Assembly (NCBI GenBank): GCA_036172245.1 | Contig: JAYWIR010000032.1 | Coordinates: 558,001 to 622,000, forward strand | Origin: Raillietiella orientalis | Taxonomy: Eukaryota | Length of the DNA stretch: 64,000 bases | Reading direction: 5' to 3' | In this document: piece after piece, positions 51,941 through 63,107 of the stretch | Position numbering within the stretch: position 1 is the stretch's first letter | How the letters are laid out: every line of letters begins with the position of its first letter | Position numbers and translations under genes: made by a program | The notes under the pieces: generated by a model | Seen by the model: the letters and a program-made list of their open reading frames with translations, nothing else | Database searches by the model: none | What the model was told of the DNA's origin: nothing

Positions 51941-52199
51941 CCGAGGGCACGCGGGAGACCGCCACTGTATTTTAGCTCAGGGGGCAGCATCTCGTCCCAA
52001 ACTTGCCATCTTCTGTGGCCACGTTCTTATTCGCTCCCGGATCCGGAGCACGTTGAGCCGAGGAGCACAAACCTCTTCCCCTGAAGACATGGCTCGCCCG
52101 TGGTCCCTGCTACTCTCCATCGGGGAAAGGAGGACACTGCGCTGAAGGTTGCAGGCAGCTGCTCAAACTTTTTCCTCAAGTTCGCACCGAATGCGCTGT

Positions 52200-52460
52200 T
52201 TCCGACGACGATCTCACAAGCGTCCATCTTGCTCTCGCACGAGATGACACTTGTCTGTCCGATACCGGCAAGCTTCTCATGTCCACACTTTTCTTTCAGG
52301 ATTCCAGCAAGACCTTCCGACATCCGGCGCACTCGATGTCCTGCGGTCCTCCCCACTTCAGTTTTTGCTCGATGCTGTGGTCGGAACTGTGCCTTCGATC
52401 CCTCGAGGAGCATGTCGGAGCACATGGTTTCCTTACCGATGCGTTCCCCGCATTGCTTAG
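52200..52460 (-). mobile_element. Gag-like remnant (Gypsy/Mag-type zinc-knuckle region)
   Basis: DHSIEQKL followed by ECAGCRK and EACRYRTDKCHL across frameshifts, resembling DxxIxxKL and CxxC..H..CRYRxxxCHxC. Confidence 0.35.
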
Positions 52461-55400
52461 AGGTCTTCAGTTACTCTTCTTACTGCCTTGTTGTCTCTGA
52501 CGGACACTGGCACTCCTTTGCCTGGGAACCGGTCATCTGCATGTGAGTCCCTGGAGACATCTAATGGAACCGGAAGCAAAGTGGCAGATTTATGCAATCG
52601 AAACACCAAGAGTGGATGCACCTGTGAGGTCAAACAGCGCCGAAATTCGAACCAGAAGGAGGCTCCATAACTTCCGTTGCCAAAAACTGGTCCGTGGCCC
52701 AAACCGCGGTGGTGGACGTGCAGCGCTTCTACGATCCTGAATGAACCTCGAGGGAAACCTGAGAGTGCACCTTTTCGCGGTGCGCGCTCCAGAACGAGTT
52801 CCGCCTTCTCTCAAGATCATCACAGTGACATCACAAGGGAAGGTCAAAGAGAGAGATTGCTGCTTCTTCGGGTACTGGAAAGGACCGCTTGCAGACCGCG
52901 TGGGCTCATTGAGTCGCCGAAGGTGGGAATCGAAATTTCTTTCCTTCTTCAACCCAGCTGCTGGGACACAGCCCGCTTTTCGCAGCAGTTCGACACTCGG
53001 CTCCACGTGCTGCGGCGCAGCTGACTCGCGCTCTCGCGCGCTTCGAAGGGTTCAGGAGCGAGGGGGAATGCACGCATCTCCAGAACTCCATCCGTCCTAG
53101 CCGAGAGGATGACATATGGCTTCGAGCACTTCAGGACAAACAAATGAGTCCCCGTGGTGAGTCCGAAGAGGGGAAATCGACCGCGGTCGGGGCGAAAAGT
53201 AGGTGCCTTATTAACTGGGATGTTTCGTGGAAACGCATGAGCGCCCTGAAGAAAGGGACCAGTGGCCATCGAAGAAGAGATCGAGAGCCCAGTTGAATCT
53301 GAAACGAAAGCAAAGCGTCCACGGGCCGTATGCTCCACGCTGTTTTTGTTTTTCCAATTTCCCAGAAGTTCCTCATGGAAGAATCCACCCCGTTCAGTTT
53401 CTCCAGGGAAAGCATGAATCTTCTTTTTCACCACTTGGTGCTTGGGCGGAGCGAGTGTTTGCCCTGCTGTATCCAAATAGGTGAGAAACCCGAGACTCGA
53501 GCTGCCCTCCACAAATGAATGCAATCCATCCTGAAAATCCAGAAGGTCCCAGGCATCCTGACGTGCGTTCTGCGAATGGGTTTCGTCGTTGGCTGCGCTG
53601 GACAGGCGAAGACTTCTTGCTTCCGTTTTTTTCTTATCAATCTACTGGAATCCACTTTCAGTTGGATGATTCTCCAAAGTTCTGGAGATGGATCAGGATA
53701 GTATAGAGAAAACAAAAACGTATTTGTTACCAGGAGGGTAAACCGGAGTCGGAAATAGCTTGTTACCTGGCACTGCTGTTCATCCACCCGCCATGGGGGT
53801 CGAACGGAATGGATGGTGCTTTCCGATATCCAAAGATCAATGGAAGTACCCAAGGATCCAAAGACCTGCTCGGTGTCCGGGTGTTAGATTAAAAGACCGC
53901 CGCGCGCGGCCTCAACGGGAGCAACAGAGAAAATTCCCGCTACTGCACACACAAAAAAATATTCCTTCCCCCCCCCCCCCCATTCGGACGGCACACCTCC
54001 ACCCTTGAGCGGTCGCCACGGACCAGCCCCTAGCCATCAGCGACAAGCTTGGGCAGGTCGAGGGAAGGGTGTGAGGTGTGGAAAATTCCCTCTCTCGTAT
54101 TTCTACACGTGATCCCGAAATAATGATAATAATAATAGAACCATAAAGGCAGCCGTTCTCTTTCGGATGCCTCCTCGGGAAGTTTGCTAATTAAACCACG
54201 AGAGGAAACCTCATCAAAGAGCGCGGATGAGAAAGACACAGATGTTCGTCTTCTTGGTCTGACTAATCGGTTTGCTTGGTCATCCGGATGTTAACCCCTC
54301 TCGCCGTTGCGAATGCAGCATCCGGATGCTTGGCACCGTGCCTTAATTTAATCAAAGTAAGGAAAGGAGACGGCCGCGCCTCACGGCCGGCAAAGAGCCG
54401 CAAGTTAATGGCCGGAGCTCCTGGCATCCTCCTCCCCTCTGGACCGAAAGAAATAGCCGCCTCGACGTTGCTTTTAATCGCGCCCATGCTCACTCCGCAG
54501 CGCTGAAACGCTCCAGCATCTTCTTCGTCATTATGTTAATTGCAGATGAAAGCACGCTTCTCAAAGCGTTTCGCTCCCAAAAGGGATCTCCTACGATTAC
54601 GGTACGCCAGGGAGTCCTCCCGAATTCGTGCTCCGCTGTTTCCATCTCTAAACCATCGAATTAAACGCTACCCATTCTGAAGAGGCAGCCAGCTTTAATG
54701 GACCACACACGCTCTCGAGATCCTAAGGCCTGTGGTGTTCCTGAAGTGAGGTCTTCTCCAGTGGGCTTCTAGAGCGGCGAAGGGTGCCTTGAACGTTTCG
54801 CGGATGCGGGAGGCAGGTAATGCAAGGGTCCCGTCCTTCCGGCCAACAGGGAGCCCATCGCGAAGCAGCAGCCGAGTGAAGGGTTCGTGGCTTCCGTGCC
54901 GAGTGAGAGAGACTGGCTACGCGTGCGCGGGCCTGATGGGTACAGACGTCTTCTTGGAAGACTCATCCTTTCTCTTTTCGCTCCAGGGACCGAATTTTGC
55001 GGAAGATGCAACAACAGCCGGTCCCTGATCATCTAAATCTCCTTCTCATCCCTCATCCCACGTGAGCACTGGAAGGCTGCATTTCTCTCTTCTTCCCTGT
55101 TTAGCTCTGAACCTCTGGGACGAAGCGAGGAGAAAAGAGCTGGAGTTCGTGGAGTTCACCCTCTATCTGGGATCCCCCGAGAAAATTCCCATCCTTTCCT
55201 AATGGGGACGTATCTTTCGGCGGCAAGTGACTGTCGTGGAAGCGTAGTAACGCGAGCGGCCACCCTGTGGTTTGCAAGTGCCTTGGACGGCTCTAGGTCA
55301 TCTTCTCAGCGGCAGCGGCAGAGGTGGTAGGGGCACTGTGGGAGAAAGGCAACCGGCACAGTGTAGGCCTCAGACGATGCGGATTCCAAGGGAACGCTCC

Positions 55401-55902
55401 GTAGGACCTGTGTCCGATAGCTGGTTCTTTGAAGTGGCTTCAGAGGGCTGCTTGCGAGAAGCAGACTCACCTCAGAGGTCAATGGTTTCATAATGCGGGA
55501 TGAAATAATGGACGACGTTACCGCGTCCATTATTTCATTACCGTCTTCAAGATCGCCAAGCACGTACACCGCGTCCATGGCTGATGCGGGATACCTGAAT
55601 CGCGGCCTGCCCGATGTCTTCCTTTCTTGGTGGGCTTCGAAGTCCGAGCTGCCGGCGCAACCGCCTCTCTTTTTGGTCTTTAACCATGAAAGCGGGAGGG
55701 AAGGAATCTTCCGAGACTGGCAAGCCTGCTCGCCCGCCAGACGATCAGCGGAATCAGGGAAGGGCACGTTCCCGAGCTCGCTGGTAACAGCCGGAGTAGA
55801 CTGCTGCCGAACAACCTGATCTCTGAAGTCCGACTGGATTCCACTGAAGATCCCCAAGGCAGGTACTTCAAGTACCTTGGCCCCCGATGGACAACTCGGA
55901 CG

Positions 55903-55984
55903 CTGCCGAAGCATGGTCCAGCTGTCTTAGGAAGGCTGAGAGCCATTTCAACCTTCCTAAGACAGCTGGACCACGCTTCGGTAG
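55903..55984. other. Near-perfect ~82-bp palindrome/hairpin
   Basis: CTGCCGAAGCATGGTCCAGCTGTCTTAGGAAGGCTGAGA-GCCA-TTTCAACCTTCCTAAGACAGCTGGACCACGCTTCGGTAG; 22 consecutive perfect pairs in the core. Confidence 0.92.
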
Positions 55985-56649
55985 TGGTCCATTCCCCCAT
56001 GTCAATTTCAACTTGGCGGAATGGACGGCAATCTGGAACACTTTCGCAGCTCCCCCATCTCCCTAAGAGACGAAGCTCTGAGATAAACGCCTGCAGAGGA
56101 AAGTCCTCTGGGGACCCGCGAGGTCCAAGATCCGCCTCAAAGACTTGGCGGCTCTGAGTCAGGATGCCGGTTTAGGCATCCCGACCCTGGAGAGAATCGG
56201 GCCGGAGGCACAGTTTTAAATACTGGAACCTTGTGCCAAGCTGTGAATTTTCCCGCTTCGTGCGGCAGAGCGCCTCACCCTTGAGAGCAAAGGACCGGCA
56301 GCAAAGGACTCCTACCGTTGTTGCCACGCTTCCGGCAGAGGATGCGGGATTGGGCTTCCCCCTGGGGCAAGAGTCGCCTCCCTTCTGGAAGTCCATCCGT
56401 GGATCTCCTGCCTTCTCCCGGACTCTACTGCTTGGCAGCAGGAGCCGGTCCTGTCCTGGGCTGCGTTCCAAGGAATGCTCCCAGAGGAGCTTCGTTTCCT
56501 GCGACTCCTCCTGAACCATTTTTTGGAGGAGGTGCTGCTGCAAAAACAAGCTGAGGACGCTGGCCGCCGCGTCCCTTGCTGCAGCGCTGTATGCTCCACT
56601 TCGTGTTCGGTCTCCCTCCAGACTTTCGGGTGGTTCGAGACACTGGCCA

Positions 56650-56980
56650 GGGAGAGGATGAGGCATCGCAGCTTCGTGACCTCGGATTCCCGAATTCCCT
56701 CTGCTTGAGCGAGGGAGCTCCTCGCAGCGAACGGGGAACGCCGCCGTGCCGCGCACATCCGACGGTCATTCTGCCCGCCGAATCAGGTGTCTTCCGCGAT
56801 GCCTCTGGCCGGAGTGGGGTAAAACCCCTCCGAGGAGCTCGGTCTGCTTGCTGGAGAGAAGGGCTGCAGCCAATCGCATTCCTGAACGCAGTACTGCCCA
56901 CTCTGATGTCGTTCGAATTATGACCGCGATTACGTCTTTCCTTCGTGACCCGGAGAAAATAGCCCTTCCTTTGTTTTGAT
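56650..56980 (-). mobile_element. Decayed RNase H domain of a non-LTR retrotransposon (I/Nimb-like)
   Basis: AIFSGSRR..IAVII (IYTDGS-like), RLAAALLSSKQTELLG (Sx.QAEL-like) and GNSGIRGHEAA (HxGIxGNExAD-like), in the correct order. Confidence 0.6.
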
Positions 56981-57206
56981 CTCGCTGCAAACACTGGTTG
57001 GAGACCATTAGCATTCAGATTGCTTGTTTGCCTTCAGATTAGCATCAGTGGGATGGGACTCGTTGAAGAAGGTTCCAGATCCTGGTGGAACTCGGTCCAG
57101 CGGTTCGATATCCCGAGCTAAAGACGCCCTGTGCTCCGCTCATCCCCAGAGCTGAGACGCAGTCGGGACAGGGAGGAACCAGAGTTTCGTGCGGCGGCCA
57201 CTTTGG

Positions 57207-57983
57207 TCTATCGCCCGGTAATGCTGGGACGCTTATTATAAAAAACAATAACCATACATGCGTAGAACCATCGGCCCTACATCGTCCGAAAATGTTCGGA
57301 ACCTGCAGAGTAACCGGCACACAGGTCGGCGAGGTTCGCCTCGGCAGCGGAGGGGAGAGGGACAAAAAAGAATAAAAATCGATATTTAATAAAAAACACT
57401 CTGGGGGGCACGGAAAGGGATCACTGTCCGCTGAAGGGCGTCCTCTGCATCCTTTCCAGGATACCTGCAATCTCGATCCGAGTATGTCCCAGGTAGGGTC
57501 ATCTTGCTGCCGTCCTCATGAAGCGCTGGGCGAAGCAGATGCGTGTTGTCTATCGTACCGTCCTCCTCTCGAGTAGCTCCGGAACGCCGCAATCCCGCGT
57601 AGGCGGCAGCAAGGAGCTGCTGGAGATGCGGCAGGCGAAAGGGCTCTTCATCTCGTCCCTGGGACTGCTCGTCGGTGCACCAAGGGTAGTGTAACCACAG
57701 GGACCGGAGGGCAACGCAGTCTAGGAGAGATGCGAGAGCTGGGATTCCCGTTTCCTGCACCTGCAACTGTTGAGGTCGACAGTCCCCCGGGTCCAGTGAG
57801 ACGGACGGGCGTAGCACGGGAGACCCCAGTGCAGCAGCAGAAGTGCCGCCTCCCTGTGGCTCAGCTGTTCTTCAGCGTTCACTCGAGGTCTTCATGTGGT
57901 ATTTCCAGCAGCTGACCCCAGCGCAATAGTCCCTTCGGTGGGCACTTGGGGTCGCAGCGTCCTTGAACCGTGCCGTGGTTTAA
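57207..57983 (-). mobile_element. 5'-truncated L1/Tx1-like retrotransposon (copy D) with 9-bp TSD; inverted near-identical partner of copy C
   Basis: 57233-57962 is the reverse complement of 49039-49768 with 3 nt differences. Direct repeat CCACTTTGG at 57198-57206 and 57984-57992. Confidence 0.9.
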
Positions 57984-58687
57984 CCACTTTGGCGGCTACT
58001 TTGCGTTCCCGAAGCGCGCGCCTCGATCCCGTCGTGAACCTGGAACATCGCAAGGAACCACGGAAGCGATCAGAGGGAGCGAAAGATGGGAGGGAACTTC
58101 GCTGCTCTGGTATGCTTGAAAACGTATGCTCCTTAATGGAGTATCCGAGACGGGTAGCTCCGGAGAAAGGCTGCACTGCGCTGATCGAGACGCACAGACG
58201 AACCGCTGAGGAGGAGAAATAGGAGGGAGGGGTACCAAGTTCGGTCGAAGATGGCTTGCGGGAGCCTGAAGAAGGCGCTTGGGAAGGGCACATTCGATCT
58301 TCTCGTTGGTGGGATAAGATAAACCGAGGGGAGGTCGTGGCATTTTGCAAACGCGCTTGATCTTTCGTCAAAATTCAAGCGCTGTGGGGGATCCGCTCGT
58401 GTTGCGGTATCTCGGGACGGCGGAGTCGCAAGCTCTCACCGCGTGCTCACTTCCTTCCGGGGAACAGGGAAGCTGTCCGGCACGACTCGAGGAAAGGAAA
58501 ACGATCATGGATCGAAAGTAAGAGGAATCTGTTTGAAGTGGCCATGTTCCTTGAGGAACACATCCCATTCATCAGGAAGGATCCACCAACTACTATGCCT
58601 TATATTGCAACTCCCTATGTTTTAGAGGGAAGCCAATACACTAGTAATAAATAATCCAAAGGGGGTAGAAAGAAAAATTTGTCCCGG

Positions 58688-59143
58688 GAAGCGAATCATT
58701 CGCTTCACCGTTTCCAGAACCAACTCTGCGATTTTAATTACTGGGAATGCACGTGATGATCATTTACTGCAACTATGCAGATTCTTGTGGTCCCTTTGCT
58801 TTTAAGTGAGCCTCCCAGAGTCAAGAATCCTCACGCCGAACTGGTTTCCCAGTTCTTGCTGTTTCCCTGAGCTCCCGAGAAGGAAAGCTCGCGGTTCTCA
58901 CGTCTCCTTCCTTCCCTTTGAGCTCCTTCTGGGGAGCTGCCGGAAAGTTCTTCTGGGGCAAGGCGACGAGCAGGATGGCGCACTCCCAGAGAAGACCGCA
59001 TGCCGAGTGTTGCTTGGCTTCCGGGCGTTTGCTCCACTTTAGAGCAACATCTTTATAGTTGCAGTAAGTCATCTTCACGTGCATTCCCAGTAATTAAAGT
59101 CGCAGAGTTGGTTCTGGAAACGGTGAAGCGAATCAATCGCTTC
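58688..59143. mobile_element. MITE/foldback-like element with ~95-bp terminal inverted repeats
   Basis: 58698-58782 vs reverse complement of 59049-59133: 6 mismatches in 85 bp, extendable 10 bp outward. Interior of ~265 bp has no recognisable product; no clear TSD. Confidence 0.75.
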
Positions 59144-59399
59144 ACCGTTTCATTCGCTCTAAAATATAGAGATCTGTCATATAAGGCATAATAGAAGGTG
59201 GTGGGTCCTTCCTGATGAATGGAATGTCCATTTCCTTCAGGTTAATTGCTGCATCCTCTTTTGAGATGAAGCTGCAATCATCTTCACTTGCTCTCTGAGC
59301 AAAAGGAATCGGGAATTCTGTCATCCTTGTGCGTGAAGGATCCCCTGTAGTCCCTTTCGGTTTCTTGCTCCTCGATGATGCTCGATACTGAAGTACTTC

Positions 59400-59950
59400 C
59401 GCTCTCCCTCTTGTCCTCCTTCGTTTGAGTTACGAATGGCACGACCTGCGAAGCGACCCGTTGCTTTTTAGCGCTCCCGGTCGCCGCACAGTCCATGGGC
59501 ACCACTTGCTGCCAGCACAACACGGGAAAACAGGCTTTTTTTCCTGCGGGACAGAGCAGTGGGTTTCCTGGAAGGCACGTCAGCATTTTCGAAGAGTTGG
59601 AGTCGAAAAAGCGGTCATCCGGTCATCGGTCATCCTGACCATTCAGATTCTTCGGAACCGAGTCTCGCTGTCAACCCTTGCACTGAGAGACCACACCGGT
59701 CGAATTCCCGGAGACGGGCTGAAACGAAACGTCGCCTCGGCCACCAAAGCGACGGACGGACTCGTAGAATGCAGTCCAATTCTCCCAGAAGATCCAGATT
59801 TCTGTCTAAGCGAACGGGCGTTTCCTTTTCGCTGGCGCCCCACCGACACGAAACCAGACCGTGGTTGTACAACTTCTTCATGCACTGCCGTTCAGGAATC
59901 ACCAACGTCTGTCTTCGACCCCTCGCCCGTATTCCAAGAGGGCGTCTCGG
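59400..59950 (-). mobile_element. Possible decayed Gypsy (K02A2.6-like) integrase fragment
   Basis: TLVIPERQ (~59885-59905), RVRPSLWWP..EFDRC (~59740) and KSLFSRV (~59520-59540) follow the order of the integrase H2C2 and core motifs. Confidence 0.4.
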
Positions 59951-62900
59951 AGGATACACCGGAGTCCTGCCTGCTCGCCTCACGACTCCCGACTCTCTTT
60001 CCGGATGCTTCCTCAGGGAGTTTCCGTGGAAGAGAAGCACCGGAGTGATCGTACGCTCCTGTCATGGTGCCCATCCTTTCTGCAGGCCGAGATTTATTTC
60101 GAGATCATTCCGAGTGCCACTCATTCCGAATGAATTCTGCTGGGCGGGGTCAGATTATGGCCGAGTGTAAACAAGACAGAGTGGTCTCGTGCAACCTTTG
60201 ATGCTGCGAACGCCATGCTTGTCATTCGCCTGAAAATAGCTCATTTCCATTCCGCCGCAGAAATCCAGTCGAAACCTGTTTTCCTGATTCCCCGTTTTCG
60301 TCCACGAGTTTCCCGAGGAAAACTCTCGTGAATGATTTTCTTGTTTTTCCTTAAAATGTACCGTCGGGAGGAAACACAAATTGTTTGCTTTTGTTTTTTT
60401 TTAATCGGCTTTTCTCCGTGAAAAACAAAAGGGGAAGACATCGAGCAGCGAAGCATCTCCTCGAGGAGGAAAAAAAAAAAAAAACGGAGACACGGGCGAC
60501 ACTCGGATGCTGCACTGCTGAGCTTTGCAGATGGGTTCGTTGAAGCCGTTCGGAGCGAAGGGCTTCGAGGTGGAAAGGTCCGTCGTCACCGTGAGTTTGG
60601 CCGTTCCGACGACGCCCCTGCCTGCTCCTCCACGAATCACCGTCCACGGGATCGTTATGCTGTGACGCTTCCGTTTTCGCTTCTCGTTTCCTCAGCTTCT
60701 TCACCATCCCGAGGCTTCCTTCGCCCGGGAAGGGATCCGTGTTCGAAAGGTGCAGCATCTCCGCGGCGCGCCGCCTTGGTCAGGTGGATTCGGGCTGCAA
60801 CATCTGTCCCACCTGTAGCGCCCGACAGGTGATCCGCGCCTGGCTGGTGGCAGGACCGAAAACTCGAAAGGTCGCCTTTTTGTCTTGCTCTCCTGGCAGG
60901 CGGAAAATACGATCCGTCGAGATCTCTGCTTGTTTTCCCGTCCACTGATGAGCTCATGTTGCCCAGGGGAGCTTCCATTATACGGTCTGTTACGAGATCT
61001 CCATAAAATTCCGCCTTCCGGAACTCCGGGATGTTTTCGTGCTCCAGACGCGGATGCAAACAGGTTGATTCTTTCAGAGGTTTTGTTTTCTAAACTGCAA
61101 ACCCTCCCTCCTTCCTTTCGAAAGAAAAAAAAAAAAAAAAGGCGATATCCTCTTGGAAAAGGAGTCGGCCACATGCGCGCGGGTTGCGAGTTCGCTGAGC
61201 CATCTGCGGGCAAACTGAATTCCTAATTCGACAGATATTTAGTCCCATCGGCGGAACTCAGTCTCCATCTGAGGGAATCCGCTGTCGATCAAACAACAGA
61301 AGATCATGACGGTCAGAAAAGAGGTCATCGGGGAAGACGAGATGCTTTCCGAAAGGATGGAAGAGGAGGCCGCGTATCCAGGGAGGGGCAGTTCGAAAGA
61401 GCAGCACTTTCTGTTCGGGGTGGCTGTCCGAAGGACTTTAGAAGCCAAAAAAAGAAAAAAAAAAAAAAAAAAAAGGTTTTAATCGGAAGCAGGAATCGAA
61501 AGGAGCGGCCGTTTCGGAGGCAGAGCGGGGATTCTGGAGAAGGGGAGTGGATGCAACGGAAATGGCGGATGGCTTCAGGGACGTGGAATGCGAGCACGGA
61601 AGACTCGAAGCCGCATCAAGTGCAGACGTGCGTTTCCCATCTCCGCCCTCGTGTGCAATCATCGCAGCACCTCTATCCGAAAACAAAGAGGTTCTAAGAG
61701 GAGGGGGGCAGCGATTGTGCGGTATGTCAGCTTTTGCACGCAAAATCTCCGTCTCCGCGCTGAGATCTGGAATGTCGGAGCGGTCGCCATGGTGGGTCCA
61801 GACAAAACAGAAAGTCTGCCGAGGGAGAAACTCCCAAACGGTTCGGAAATGTGAGGTGCCCGCGAATAAATTGAAGAGGGGCTCAGCATCGTCCTGTTTG
61901 CGAGGGTGCGTTCACAACTCGAGAGCCGCACTTGTCCAGGTGACGTGTTTGCCACCTGTGCCACGGAACCGCCATCGAGGCGAATGGAGAGCATCCGCAC
62001 CCGGGAACCCGATATGGGAGGTGGTTTCCTCTGGCATGGAGGAAGGAAGAAAAAGAAGAAGAAGAAGAAGAAAAAAAAAAAAATCAATTTGTCCCTCGGA
62101 ACCTGTGAACAGCATGCAGTCGATTGATCCTAATTATCAACCATAAAACCACCTCCCTGGGTCCTGTTTTCTGGTTTTCACACCACGGAAAGCTGACTTA
62201 ATGCTGGATGTTAATTGGCGTAATTCAATTTGCTCAAGGCTCGACCATATTTTATGCGTCTTATCTTTCGCTGGAGTTAAAAGAATGGAAGTAATTTAAC
62301 CGGTTAATCCAGCCGGACGGAAAATACGGACGCAGTTTTCCTGCTTGTGCGTGTTCAACATCAGCAAATCCACAAGAGCTTCCTCCCCCCCCCGACTCCT
62401 CCCCCCGCCGTTTCCTTCCTTATCTTTTTCTGGCGTCGAATTCGATCCTAGAACAACAACAACACATCCCGGTGTTGAGTTTGTCGGCGAAAACAAAATG
62501 AGGGATTTCGCGTGCTCTCATGCGACCGGCCACGAGCTCGACGCGTGAGACTTCCAGCCTGCATTCCAGCCACTGGAAGACGTCGGGAAAACAGTGGGAA
62601 CCGTTGCCTTCCTTCAGAGCTGGAAGTGGCTTACTGGAATGCAGGCGGATTTCTGTTTCGTCGTCTTTTAGGCGATTTATGATATGGCAGGAATGCGGCG
62701 GACCTCGGCCGCAAATCGGAACGATCAAGAGTCTGCCGCGGACCGATTTCCAGCTCCTCCGCGGAGGAGGAAGTGGACGTTGTGTTGTCCGAGGTGATTC
62801 TCGCTTTCCATTCGGTTAGCTGAGATGCTTTGCAAATATTTTGAAGATGATGGGAGTCATCCTGCAAATGGAATCGGCCTCGATGCCCATTCGGTAATTT

Positions 62901-63076
62901 CATTTGTTTCAAAGGTAAATACCCAATTTGATGGTCATGAATTACCTTTCATCGGCTTGTAATGCCAAAGCGCATGCTTTGCTAATAGCAAGGTCAGGCT
63001 CACGAATTGTGTCCGATGCATGACGCAGGACCGGGTGGCTGGAAAACGCACCGACCGAGGAGGACTGGAAAAACAA

Positions 63077-63103
<27 letters not shown>
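63077..63103. repeat. (GCT)9 microsatellite
   Basis: Perfect trinucleotide run with no convincing coding context. Confidence 0.9.

Positions 63104-63107
<4 letters not shown>

Noticed and set aside
57207..57983. Copy D as a TIR-bounded DNA transposon
   Set aside because: The apparent weak TIR is better explained by ungapped homology of its 5' 21 nt to internal sequence of copy C, that is, a 5'-truncated LINE.
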